Origin: Minisyncoccota bacterium
Lineage (GTDB): Bacteria; Patescibacteriota; Minisyncoccia; Phycocordibacterales; JABAAK01
Assembly: GCA_965222235.1 (NCBI GenBank)
Contig: OZ244939.1
Span: 7,924-71,923 of the forward strand
DNA length: 64,000 nucleotides
Direction: 5' to 3'
Part shown: positions 17,301 to 27,500 of the stretch, in pieces
Layout: every line of letters starts with the position of its first letter
Position numbering within the stretch: the stretch's first letter is position 1
Made by a program: the position numbers and the translations under genes
Notes under the pieces: generated by a model
Seen by the model: only the letters and a program-made list of their open reading frames with translations
The model's database searches: none
Told to the model about the DNA's origin: nothing

Positions 17301-18447
17301 GATATATACCGTCACACCGAAACAGAATGCGGCGAGACCCGGCGGCACGGTACAGGTCAATCTTGCCCTGACAGACGCTAACCCGGTATGGGTGAACGGG
17401 AAAGCGGTGAGTGAGGCAAACCCGCTGCGAGCAACCATCGGCACCACCAATCATGATCTCAGCACCTTCCCCGCAACTATCAATCATGCGGTACCTGACG
17501 GTGCTTCCTCCGGTATCCGCAACATCACCCTGCCGACGGTTGCAGATCCCGCAGGCAACAGCACCGCAGGCAGCACCTCCTACCTCTTCTTTGTGGACAG
17601 TGCGGCGCCGGCGGTCAGGAGCTTTATCTTTTCAACCACCGGCACGACGATGAAGATCTCCGCGCTTGTCGACCGCAACAACCACCCGACCATGAAGGGC
17701 AATGAGGCGATATACCTGTCCTTCACAGGAGCCTGTGCCGCATTCCCCCGTTCGCCGGCATTCACAGACAGTGCACAGAAGGACGATGTACGGTATACAT
17801 ATGACATCACCATTCCTCAGGAAACCTACGACGCATCAACATGTGATCTCATCGCCGTTGATGCCGTGGGCAACGCTCAGAAGGAGGATGAGAACACCTC
17901 CGTCCACGTACCCATCACCGGTGTCAGAAGCGGCGGCGGAGGAGGCGGAGGTGGCGGCGGAGGAGGAGGCGGAGGTATCGGACTCTTCAGATTCAACACT
18001 GACACCGCCGACCCTCAGAGCGAAACCGGCATCCTCGTCCCCGTCATTGAACCAGTGGGAGAATCCGTGGACATCGTTGCCGACACCGTGCGCCGAAAAC
18101 TCATCGCCGCCATCAAACAGCAGATAGCAGTCATCAGTGCCCGTATTCAGGAACTCCTCGCCAAACGGCAGGCACCCCCGGAGGAAGAAACACCGCCGAC
18201 CGTTGTACAGCAGGAGATCCGTTTCCCCGTCCCCGCCGTAACCAGACGCACCGCCCCGGTCTTCATCCTCACCCCTCCTGAAACACCGAGGGTCATCATC
18301 CCGACCGTAGAGGTCATAGAAGAGTACACACCGCCTGCTGAACCCCGCGGCTACACCTTCCCCACTTCAGACACCGGCTCCGTCCTGCTCACCCCTCCGG
18401 CAGTCCTTCCGTCCGTCCGTCCCAGCTTCATACAGGATGCGTTTTGA
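8359..18447 (+). CDS. Giant secreted surface protein of 3362 aa with Ig-like/cadherin-like domains, fourfold internal module repeats, a poly-Gly run and a Pro-rich C-terminus.
   Basis: N-terminal signal/anchor (GFVAGGVLGWRRIAVLAACVLLFGSA). A dystroglycan-type cadherin-like Ig domain is present (TITYAVTGLPTALSFSPTTREIKGTPAAEGTSTVTYTATDEYGAD). A module of about 150 aa beginning ETIYTGTVTS... recurs at about 10786, 14190, 15110 and 16838. There is a (Gly)15 run at 17931-17975 and a Pro-rich tail. Codon usage matches the rest of the locus. Confidence 0.85.
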   Translation: MIYYSMNMFMGFVAGGVLGWRRIAVLAACVLLFGSATMPQQAHATFSVSTTDNSFTLTIDGTVTTCTNSRDFLVHTSLNLKDLMVVEGDELTCTYTHIDDDAATADVDESADATTIFLVGDEFNDVVVALRTSAFSDGSVIANDADATAPTNSQHDLDMYVVSRALSNTIGFGMSGSGYLVFAENIKGTTTLYNNDGIPTSGTTNVGGVGTDTAFPAQHIKEDITADTTFTIKVTKDTETNEHADEHSVKFGVYNASNTSVTNNDGNARAIQLYVKEASGVPSLSAVEDQILQPNAYQTLLPLPAASGGEGTITYAVTGLPTALSFSPTTREIKGTPAAEGTSTVTYTATDEYGADTATEKFDIIVRAFTLTVADAGYATASRDKTLTVSASHGTPLTNTVWGLVSAATDCAAANNPTLSSSWTYTAALGVSTAVVVDTEDANTKYACFKATYSSADYYAVSGQIGGIDRTDPVIGTISLVDTDGGVNIDDVAADTALITAPTITETNPDTTLYKVISDSTDCSTLAAASFVGGGTVPTTGDLSGENDGTYKICVQATDEAGNTAVAASPSFIKDTTLPTFDTQPALTSVVSDGYLNITEAQTSADLITAPTASDAGGTVTLAYVALSEGESCPSDAQTAFAANPTAIPQADDLTGFTDGGFYVCVRATDGVNNHAYTQSPTFIKDTTAPTLPDDGRHFTFSDAATPNWVTDTIDNAEWLGAGDTVTASFTFSEAIKDDSFTASITVPGTNTASRTLSFSRVSGSNAEFTATHTILAGDTVNSGDSIEFAVPSTITDSAGNPIVGTEERTVYTGTVTSAALIAGETAWGVVLTVTPGYYPVGGSVTPATFTVDGTTYTLSELHYQSTNNSLSLRITDENGNVDEKTVFAGYDVTLRKGADTFTAAVNDATRPGEYLGLSVDYQDAAETALLTRIFTVGEEFTVSLIGNLPGDALIISADADTERYRVDTTTPDAPGLPDLDENDDSCYTRGGSFCIHGTRDDNITNTTPASITAGKENYARVYFKKDGTNISRSGEGVYETLNDDATAGGRVTFSQGGTFAVTAYQLDRAGNRSVDSEALSLTIDNTSPAKPSAPDLVGATDSGVSPNDDLTNHTAPRFTVTHGGAAGGDLYGDIFISGSSGSCSNDHADGSTLSGDEHTYTWTRSETADCSGDGQKQIKARSADKAGNTEDSDSHTIHIDTTTPETTFTLRSDDDSGYKNDDRITNVNEPRLNLAGLEHSADPVAGTGRAKVIIYNWNDLNADGIFLLADGTPDIGEITEVYTVSDVTGSTMADQRLSTLTDGIRALVTKQEDDAGNVTWTTHSRLAYDDQTGVKGENVIIIDTKNPRIPHIPDLSPRTDTYGVHANYARTGTDDDDLTKVQDLLFFAKASRRHVAESLASGGTAPYLTGAALIREQHYVYFVERYETTSGTINTETNGRHIIINGRDVSYANPMRHANSRVGSNVVRGDAVTKYGFADAVGALGTHRFSVAEGEKREVGMAAQQVDAAGNISTPTFSKRVTIDRQPPDRNSFATDLILHTASDTGVIKDRRTANVTPVFTMKWPTGITPPDDIDYYEISRALLDDTFETSEPFSYPSSATTSDQASFNWVDPEVRDSITPLNIEAPLHTSLDTYTDGVAVKIFRQLQPQVNRRYAFRLTAVDLAGNAVTGVDQSNPYFTVPPPTPTAPDLSVAADAGSSSSDNLTKATSWEFSTTYKNISTEEQEGQAAQNLRTLRFRVTPPTDSSLTPRVASFTRPEDNTDGNGFTIPADEADNRDEDDITYTAAYSFKNTINLIELFGTEDLPQGVYTITIKGVNAFNEEGNASRELQVTLDTLPPLFTEDFTLTADRYYTDTTVTHRFTLTGAGENGTVVTVHHAGGDKTLTVAAGTASATRVIVDDDEDFSTYEVSSVDLAGNTVERTAYPDASKPPRVLPYRVEGHRGEAVYTGVVTSGPGDDGDSDRYHGVITDPSFVSFAGGSGAVGSVTPQTFTVGGTEYTLDTLVLTQFDKFIMIRIKSSGTDIDEKTVFAGHTLVLTKGDDTVTLNVDNGSVLGSSLSPLLRLTATAAEKTRLQRITAAGGQFTASLIPSSLSDAHLVTAVSRNDTPVTEPYAEYDATGSLCEPETGTAYVPRKVISHTGNPDACVMATDGYGNRSAVHVKNEATDLITDSGVLTEDDAGRSETDSITNNPNPRYAGMTLPDSTVRVQGKQAGESWDNAYEETVTTDGNGQFTTSKILSSPVAASETSTIYTGTVTSERMSDGNDAFLGVVITPFPDGNNPSGGSITPSTFTVDGTTYEIDRLRTRNTPGEKGTRIYLRITSGGTHVNNPGVLFSGYEVRVSKGADTVTLAVDDRLSLTTSVIIWDLSGTVPEQIQRIFAEGGTFTASIIAPPQEPTAVDLRGYITNTALGDSELSTPVSMTQVTVDVSNPTTAFVLKTPTGTPGNVEEPVFTMSTETNALIGLYTDNTCSVEAGTEVTLGSSDTATDITAHTLDTDGAYTFYGSAEDTAGNRVCSEAVPYTLDTEAPTIIIIKSGSDYRAVADEAATALWADNTAQASCSTGTTGTAYTPGTGATPADTAIGICFIFTDEAGNRAAKHTEDAIETAGGLRFTDGTSDGMNHIVRSGSRALTAQSAPEAEIAFYLVESTVDADSDGQLSDTEREGITPLTTIADGTGTLSTTLSVPETTDDLHLYASIDIDRSGTHGSVVKIGTVTVDDTAPALIGTLMLTSGNTNPAYATEGDTLTLGALTASETLTDITLTFAGESFTNCMTDTDNALSCDILTLTDTAEEGTGTLSFSATDRAGNPITIETTLVVQGRETIYTGTVTSAALIAGEVAWGVVLTANPVVGYPVGGSVIPTTFTVKDTTYTLNKLHYQGTNDSLDFAITDENGNNVEETAVLAGYDVTLRKGADTFTTAIDDGYQYSSPHETASLSVDYLDAVEKALLLRIFTVGEEFTVSLSGPVTNTPITVDRTAPIYTVTPKQNAARPGGTVQVNLALTDANPVWVNGKAVSEANPLRATIGTTNHDLSTFPATINHAVPDGASSGIRNITLPTVADPAGNSTAGSTSYLFFVDSAAPAVRSFIFSTTGTTMKISALVDRNNHPTMKGNEAIYLSFTGACAAFPRSPAFTDSAQKDDVRYTYDITIPQETYDASTCDLIAVDAVGNAQKEDENTSVHVPITGVRSGGGGGGGGGGGGGGGIGLFRFNTDTADPQSETGILVPVIEPVGESVDIVADTVRRKLIAAIKQQIAVISARIQELLAKRQAPPEEETPPTVVQQEIRFPVPAVTRRTAPVFILTPPETPRVIIPTVEVIEEYTPPAEPRGYTFPTSDTGSVLLTPPAVLPSVRPSFIQDAF
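10786..11215 (+). repeat. Long intragenic direct repeat, copy 1, inside giant gene 1. It is about 85-90% identical to 16838..17270, and diverged copies lie at about 14190-14650 and 15110-15540.
   Basis: Identical strings such as acggtgacgagtgcggcactcatcgcgggtgaa and cttcaccgtcggcgaagagttcaccgtctctctca occur at both loci. Confidence 0.7.
16838..17270 (+). repeat. Long intragenic direct repeat, copy 2. It pairs with 10786..11215.
   Basis: The same conserved strings as copy 1. The protein-level module is ETIYTGTVTSAALIAGE[T/V]AWGVVLT...RIFTVGEEFTVSL. Confidence 0.7.
17931..17975 (+). repeat. (GGN)15 trinucleotide tract encoding Gly15 inside giant gene 1.
   Basis: ggcggcggaggaggcggaggtggcggcggaggaggaggcggaggt, read directly from the sequence. 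Confidence 0.9.
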
Positions 18448-18581
18448 AAAAATAAAAGATCCGGAACCGGAAAATAGCCTTTTGCAGAAAAACCGGAGAG
18501 GGTGGAAAAACGGAACATCCACCCCCATTCCGCCTGTGTATATTGCCGAATATATGATATATACTGGATGTATACTATACA

Positions 18582-21500
18582 ATGATGTGCAATTTTTCTA
18601 TAGCGCAGAAATATGTCATACAGTGGGTGCCGCTGTGGATAATCGCGGTGCTGACGGTGTTGTTGCTGACTCCCGCCGTTGTCGCCGCACCGACGCTCAC
18701 CTGGAACGCGGGGACGAACACGGTTACGATTACCGGAAATAACGGTCTTTCGCTGGTCTGCTCCTCGGACGATTTTCGTGTCGGTCCGCACAAGGAATCA
18801 ACCGGTGATGTGCTGTTCATCAGCGAAGGACGGGAGATTGACTGCACCTATACCCATCCGACCACCGCCACAACCACACACCTCTTCACTGCCTCGGAGA
18901 ACCATCCCGGCGCACACACCTCCGACATCGGCTCGCTGACTCTGGTTTCAAATGATACCACCGCGCTGCAGAACAACATTGACGCATATATCAAGAACAG
19001 AACCGTTGCAAACGGCATCGGTTTCGGCACGAAGTCCGGCGTTGAACACCTCATGTATTCATCTGTCGTCGGCGCGCAGATTGACGGTATTACCCTGAGC
19101 AACCTTGAGGGACACCGGATTGACAGCGTGTCCGGTAACACGACCTTCACCGTCCGGATCACCGACAACGGGGTGAAGGGGGAGGATGACAGTGTGCTCC
19201 TCATCGGCTTCTACAACTCCGGCGAGACTTCGCTTGACGATGACGATGACCAGCTGCGGTCTTTTGAGGTGTTTCTGGAGGATGACGATATCGTGCCGTA
19301 TTTTGAACATGTGTATGTAACAGACCATATCTACAAACTGAACCGGCGAATTGATCCGCTGGAGCTTCCTGAAGCATCCGGATTGGTGGACAGTCTGCTG
19401 AGTTACCGTGTTACCAATCTGCCGCCCGGGTTTTCATTCAACGCCGGCACGCGGATGCTCACAGGCGCACCGACGGAGACGGGCAGCACGGAGGTGACCT
19501 ACACCGCAACCACCGTCTACGGCGCGCAGAGCACCTCGCTCACCTTCACAATCACCATCGTTCCCGGCGCGGTGTTTGAGGATTCGATCTGGTGGCTCCG
19601 CGCCGACAGTATCACCAATCGGAATAATAACGATTCGGTGACGGCATGGGCGAGTCAGGCAGTGAACCTGAATCTCAACCGGGAAATTTTTGACGGCACG
19701 ATACTTGATGTGACGATCACGCCGTCAACGGCGGTGCATGACACTATTTTCTCCGGTGTCTCCGGTAGTCTGGTGGGGTCGGTTGACACCATCGTTACGG
19801 GTTCCCGAGGCAGCGGCAACACACTTCAGCCCACGGATTCCTCCTCTGACTTCACGCTGAATACCCTTAACTTTTCAACCGGCGGTTCTGAGGATGGGGT
19901 TCTTTTCGGCAACGCGCAGAGCGGCACGCGGGCGTTTATTGACGCTAACCGCGGCAAGTCGGCATATATTATTAACAATGTCGGCACCTACCAGCTCCCG
20001 TTTTATGAATCAGGGAATCAAAACGGCCGGTTCGGCGGCAGCGTGTCCGTTGACGGCAACACGGCCGTCGTCGGGGCATATACCGAGAGTCCTGACGGTA
20101 TCCCGCGCGCCGGCGCAGCATATGTCTTCATCCATGACGGTTCAACCTGGAGTCAGCAGGCGAAGTTGACGGCGGGTGATAAGAATATCGGGGACAACTT
20201 CGGTATCAGTGTCGACCTGGACGGTGACACGGTCATCATCGGCTCGGATCTGAACGATGTTGGCGGTGTTTCCAATGCCGGTGCCGCGTATGTCTTTACC
20301 CGCGACGGTTCCTCATGGAGCCAGCAGGCGAGGCTGAAGGCGGGCGACGGGGAGCCCAACGACTTTTTCGGACACGCTGTTTCTCTTGACGGTGATACAG
20401 CACTCATCGGCGCGTACGGCAGAAACTACGACGGGGTCACCGATACCGGCACGGCGTATATCTTCACCCGTAACGGTTCAACCTGGAGACGGCAGGCGGA
20501 GGTTGCCGCCGCCGACCGGGCTGCGAACGACTACTTCGGCCGCAGCGTGTCCGTTGACGGCAGCCGGGCGCTCATCGGTGCGTACCATGAGGATCCGGAC
20601 GATGTGATCAATGCCGGCTCTGCGTATGTCTTCAGCCGCAGCGGCGGCAGGATATTCAAGAATGCGGGTATTCCGCTGACGGGTCCGCTGTCACTTGATA
20701 TCGGGGATGCATTCGGCCATGCACTTGCCGCGGATGAAGGTCGTATCGTCATCGGCTCGCGACAGGATAATGACGGCAACCTGAACGCCGGTGCGGTGTA
20801 TGTGTTTGAGGATACAAATACCGACGGCGACTATGCCGATATCGGTGAGATTTTCAAAATCAGTGAAATATCCAACACCGGCTCCAATCTGCCGCTTGAC
20901 GCCAGCGACGGCTTCGGTTCATCCGTTGCCGTTGCCGGCGACCGGATACTGGTCGGTGCGTGGAGTGACGACGACGGCAGCCAGGGCGCCGGTGCGGTAT
21001 ATATTCTGGAGGACACAAATACCGACGGTGACTATGCCGATACCAATGAGGTTATTAAAATCAGCGAAACATCCAACACCGGTACAAACCTGCCGCTTGA
21101 CGCTAACGACAATTTCGGTTCATCCGTTGCCTTTGCCGGCAACCGGATACTGGTCGGCGCTCCGTCTGACGACGACGGCGACCCGGGCGCCGGTGCGGTG
21201 TATGTGTTTAAGGACACAAATACCGACGGTGACTGGGCTGATGCCGGGGAGGTTATCAAAATCAGCCAAACGTTCAGCGCCGGTACAAACCTGACGCTTG
21301 ACGAAAACGACGGCTTCGGTTCATCCGTTGCCGTTGTCGGCAACCGGATACTGGTCGGTGCTCCATATGACGACGACGGAACGGGCAACGCCGGCGCGGT
21401 ATATATTCTGGAGGATACAAATACCGACGGCGACTGGGCTGATGCCGGGGAGATTATCAAAATCAGCGAAATATCCAACACCGGTACAAACCTGCCGCTT

Positions 21501-24500
21501 GACGCCAGCGACGGCTTCGGTTCATCTGTTACTGTTGACGGCAACCGGATACTGGTCGGTGCATGGAATGATGACGATGGCGGAGCGGACAATGGGGCAG
21601 TATATATCCTGGAGGACACAAATACCGACGGCGACTGGGCTGATGCCGGGGAGATTATCAAAACCAGTGAAACATCCAACACCGGTACAAACCTGCAGCT
21701 TGACGCCAACGACGGTTTCGGTTCATCCGTTGCCGTTGACGGCGGCCTAATATTCGTCGGCGCGCATACAGGGGACAATTTCACGGGATCTGTGTACATA
21801 CTGGATGACATCAACAACAACGGCGACTATGCCGATACCGGGGAGATAGTGAAAATTGGGGATACTTCCGTCATTGAATCTAATCTTCAGTCACTTGATG
21901 TTGTTGATCTGTTCGGCTCATCCGTTGCCGTTGCCGGCAACCGGATACTGGTCGGTGCTCCACATGACGACGACGGCGGAGTGGACAGCGGGGCAGTATA
22001 TATCCTGGAGGACACAAATACTGACGGCGACTATGCCGATACCAATGAGGTTATTAAAATCAGCGAAACATCCAACACCGGTACAAACCTGCCGCTTGAC
22101 ACAGCCGGCAAATTCGGCTCATCCGTTGCCGTTGCCGGCAACCGGATACTGGTCGGTGCTACGGATGACGACGACGGCGGAGTGGACAGCGGGGCAGTAT
22201 ATATTCTGGAGGACACAAATACTGACGGCGACTATGCCGATACCAATGAGATTATCAAAATCAGCGAAACATCCAACACCGGTACAAACCTGCCGCTTGA
22301 CGACTACGACAACTTCGGTTCATCCGTTGCCGTTGACGGCAACCGGATACTGGTCGGTGCTCCACATGACAACGACGGATCGGTCAACGCCGGTGCGGTA
22401 TATATCCTGGAGGACACAAATACTGACGGCGACTGGGCTGATGCCGGGGAGATTATCAAAACCAGTGAAACATCCAACACCGGTACAAACCTGCAGCTTG
22501 ACGCCAACGACGGTTTCGGTTCATCCGTTGCCGTTGACGGCAACCGGATACTGGTCGGTGCTCCATATGACGACGACGGCAGCCCGACCGCCGGTGCGGT
22601 ATATATCCTGGAGGACACAAATACTGACGGTGACTGGGCCGATACCAATGAGATTATCAAAATCAGCGAAATATCCAACACCGGTACAAACCTGCAGCTT
22701 GACGAAAACGACGTCTTCGGCACATCCGTTGCCGTTGCCGGCAACCGGATACTGGTCGGTGCGTGGAGTGACGACGACGGCAGCCCGGGCGCCGGTGCGG
22801 TATATATCCTGGAGGACACAAATACTGACGGCGACCGGGCTGATGCCGGGGAGATTATCAAAATCAGCGAAATATCCAACACCGGTACAAACCTGCAGCT
22901 TGACGCCAACGACTATTTCGGCTCATCCGTTGCCGTTGCCGGCAACCGGATACTGGTCGGTGCTCCATATGACGACGACGGCTCGTTACACGCCGGCGCG
23001 GTATATATTCTGGAGGACACAAATACTGACGGCGACTGGGCTGATGTCGGGGAGATTATTAAAATCAGTGACCACTCGGGCGGCGATTATGTTCCAAACA
23101 CCATTCAGAGCATAGATACACCGGCTTCATGGAGCCAGATAACCAAACTTTGGGCCGGCGACAAAGCGACCAGCGACCATTTCGGCGGCAGCGTTTCTCT
23201 GGACGGCGACACCGCACTCATCGGTGCGTATCACGACAATTCCGGCACTGATGTTGATACCGGCGCGGCATATGTCTTCACCGGTAGCGGTTCCTCGTGG
23301 AGCCAGCAGGCGAAGCTGACCGCGAGCGATGCCGACGCGCATCACTATTTCGGCGACAGTGTTTCTCTGGACGGAGACACCGCCCTCATCGGTGCAGACT
23401 TTGAATATACGGGCGATCTGGCGGGTGCCGGTGCCGCATATGTCTTCACCCGCAGTAATTCCTCATGGAGCCAGCAGGCGAAGCTGACCGCGGATGATCG
23501 ATCATCGGGCGACCGGTTCGGCCGCAGCGTCTCGCTGGACGGGGATGTGGCGTTCTCCGGCGCGTATCTTGAGGACCCCGGCAACGCGGTAAACGCCGGA
23601 TCCGTGTATGTGTTCGGCAGGAGCAACTCCTCATGGAGCCAGCAGCAGAAACTGACCGCGGCCAACCAGTCCTTGAAGCTGTACTCGGGAAGCATCAGCG
23701 GCTGCGGCTGCGGCTCGGGCACTTCATTTTCCGTTGCCGACACGCCGGTACTCAACGACATCAGGCAGAACCGGACGCAGTTCCGCCTCATCATCGCCGA
23801 CAGCGGGCAGGTGCACGCCGGATCGAAGGAGCATACGGTCACCGTACCGTCAACCGTAAGCCAGCGACCCCGCTATCTTTCTGACGGCATCAACGGCTCT
23901 CCCGCCGTGCTGTTTGACGGCATTGACGACCATCTGCTCTTTGACATTGATGAGATAAAGAGGGGCGATCAGTACACCTTTTTCGGTCTCGTTCGTGTTG
24001 AGACGGACACGGACGAATTCTTCCCGATCATCGGTTCGGATGACTCGGATGAGAACAACGAACTATTCTTCGGCTTTGAGGATATATTCACCGCGGGAGA
24101 GACGCCGAAGCTGCTCTTCTCCCAGAATCTCGGCGCCTCAGTCGGCTCGCTGCCTCTCACCGTCAATGCGTTTGAGGATAATGACAGCGATATTAATCCG
24201 TCGATCGTGTTGTTTGAGCACGATATGGCGGGGATTATGTCGCGGTTGCAGGAGATCCGCGACGGGGAAACATCCGAGGAAACGGACACAACGACAATTC
24301 TGGAGGATCTTGACGGCTCCTTTCAGGATTATATCGGCCGGCACGGCAACTACTACGCCAAGATGCGGCTGGGAGACCTCTTCGTCTACGACACCGACCT
24401 GCTCGGCGCGCAGGAGGAGCAGCTGGAAACCTACATCGCCATGAAGTACGGTCTGACGCTGTCTGACATATCGCGGTATATCAATTCGGACGGCGCCATC

Positions 24501-27500
24501 CTGTATGACGGCTCCGAGGAGAGCTCCGCGTATAAATACAACATCACCGGTATCGGCGAAGACGAAGTGTCCGGTATTGAGATTGAATCAGCAATCTCCC
24601 GGGAGGACGGTGCGCGACTCACGATATCCAATCCCGACTCGCTGGACCACGGCGACTTTCTGCTGTGGGGGAATAACAATGCATTGCCGACGGCATTCGG
24701 CGTTGATATTGTCATTCAGAACATCAGCACGCACCTGAGGCGTGTGTGGAAAACGAGGGAGACCGGGGATGTCGGGACGGTCACCGTATCCTATGACGCG
24801 TCGGGTGTCATCACCCCCGCGAGACTCACCCTGGACGATGTAGTGCTCCTCATTGGTGAGGATGCGACATTCCTTGAGTCATCGTACCACCATCCCGACT
24901 CCGTTTCGGGCGGGGTCATCACCTACACCGACATTAATTTTTCCGGTATTAAATATATCACCTTCGCGCTGGAGCGTTCCTCAAATGTGGGTTTGGGCGG
25001 CGTGTTCGCCGGTCTGCGGCTCTGGCTTGACGCCGACGACGAATCAACACTCCACACCGATACGGCTTGTACTTCCGGCGTGCCTGCCGATGACGGGACG
25101 GTGCAGTGCTGGGAGGACAAGTCCGGCTTCGGCAGCCATGTCACCCTGCCGTTGAGTTGCCACAACGGAGCAAGCTGCGGCGCGCCGCAGCTGCTCCAGA
25201 ACGATTTCATGGGCGACACCAACACGCTGTGGTTCAAGCGGGACGAGCGCGACACATTGCAACATGTACTGTCGGATTGGTGGCTTGCCGAGAGCATGAC
25301 ATTCTTCATCGTCATGCGGCAGGTGACCAGCCCGGGCTCCTACTGGGCGTTTTTCTCTAACGGCGATGTGAATAACTCGGATTTCTTTCAGATGGATGTC
25401 CTGAGTTCTTCAGATGGCGACCATTACCAGCTGCGGGGTCTCGCGCCGTTCCCGATACCGTACGATGTCATAGACTACGAGGAAAATGTGTACGCGTTCG
25501 TGGCTGTCGGGAACGAATACGTGACGCTCTACTCGGACGGTATGTCCGCTGACCGCTATATTTTTGATCCTCCGAGGTTCTACGGGCGGCATTTTGAGGC
25601 ATACCGCGTCAACCTGAACCGGTTCGGAAACCAGCATAATAACTCGGAGATTTCCGAGATCATCATCTACGACGAGGACATTGGTATCTGCAACCTCAAA
25701 GAGGTATTCGGGTATCTCAGCAGCAAGTACGCCTCGTCACTCAGAAGCGGTATTCCCGGGAATGTTGACTGTCGGCATGTGGTGCTCTGGCATGAGGTTG
25801 AGGGTTCCTCGGAGGTGGAAAGCGACACTGTGGCGGCCTTAATTGATCAGGGTCCGCTTGAATACCATATAGGGCAGGCGACCGCGGCGAACCGTCCCGC
25901 TTTTCTGAACAACGAGATTAACAGGTTTGACGCCATGAGTTTTGACGGCACCGATGACGTGCTGGCCGCGGCGCAGAGCGACTTCACCTTCGGCACCAAC
26001 GAGCGGCACTACTTCTTCTCTCTTGACTACGACGACGACGATGACGGCACCTTCATGCACCACGGCTCGGTGGGAACGGGGACCGAGGTGAACCTCGGGT
26101 TTAATGACAACCATATATTCGTTGATCTGGGCGGGCAGACGGTTGCCGTGTCAAACACACTCACGACGGGCGTGCATTTCCTACGGTACTCGTACTATGA
26201 CAACGACGAGAAGTCGGGGTGGTACATTTCCGTTGACGGGGAGGCGGAGGTGAAGGCGGATACAACGAGCGGCTCTGAAGTGACCGTTAACACATCAACC
26301 AGCTCGCTGACCCTCGGGAGAAATATTGACAGCTCGGACTACTTTGACGGTGTTATCGCCGAGATGATGCTGTTGGCGACGAACCCACCGAGGCAGGTGC
26401 TGCACACGATCAATACCTACTTCGCGATGAAAAACGGGGTAACGATTAATTCCGGGCAGGACTATGTTGACAGTAACAATACTGTGCTGTACCAGACGGG
26501 CGGCGGCTACGCCGGATTCCTGCACGACATCGCCGGTTTCGGGTCGGACAACGAACAGAATATCATCATGTTTTCCTCCGGCAGTTCGTCCGATGACGCC
26601 ATTGTGCGTGTTGAGGCATCCGATGTGAACGAGGTCAACAACCATGAGTTCCTGTTCTGGGGCAATGACAACGGGCTGCTCCAGGAGACGACGGCTAACC
26701 TGCCGCCCACCGTCACCTCGCGGATTGAGCGTACCTGGCGGTTCAAGAAGACGGGCGATGTCGGCAATGTGTCGCTCATGTTTGACCTTTCCGACTTTAA
26801 TTCGCAGGTGGTTACGCCGAACGATATCACACTCATCATTGACAGTAATGACGACTTCACCTCCGGTGCGACGTTTGTCACGGCATCCGGTTTCGTAAAC
26901 GGTGTCGCCCGGTTTGACAATGTGTCCCTGGATGACGGCAACTATGTCAGTATTTCCATTGATCTCAGCGAGCTGCTTGTTGATATTGTTGACAGCACCG
27001 GCAATTCGCTTAACGCGCCATCGGTTGTTTTTGACAGTGTACCGTTTAACGGGGTGCCCTCTACGGTATTAACCACCTTCGGTTCCGAGAATTTGAACGT
27101 CTATGTTGAGAATGACACCGCTGACACCGCGTGGACGCTGTCCATCGCTGCGGAGGTGCCATCCGCGGTCTGGCAGGGAGTGACGCACTCCTTTGACTTC
27201 AATGACTCGCTCGGTGTCGTTGACGGGAGTGATACCGATACGGTCGGCGGGCAGATGACGATCAATCCGTCCAGAGGGCTCATCACCGCGTCCGATGGTT
27301 GCACGACGGATGCAATTACCCTCGGCACCTCGGCAAATTTTTCCGAGGGAGTGACCGACTCCATCGTGATCGCTGCCGCAGCCGCGACGGCCGCGACGAA
27401 CTGTAAATGGAGTATTACGGGCATGTCCGTTGAGCAGATAATTCCCGCCGGACAACCGGCCGATGAATATACGCTCAATCTGGTGCTCTCGGTGACAGCG

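Noticed and set aside
21032-21820. 262-aa minus-strand ORF; similar ones at 21298..21750+, 21856..23115+ (419 aa), 22304..22909- and 20791..21294+.
   Set aside because: All lie inside the 201-nt tandem repeat array of giant gene 2, in alternative frames or antisense. Their products are low-complexity repeats (PLPLPATGYWSV..., SSRIYTAPA...) that simply mirror the DNA periodicity. They are artefacts of repeat structure.
20788-23070. Possible CRISPR array, suggested by regular short-period repeats.
   Set aside because: The period is 201 nt with no repeat-spacer alternation, and it encodes a conserved protein repeat in frame. It is a coding tandem repeat, not CRISPR. No cas genes are seen.
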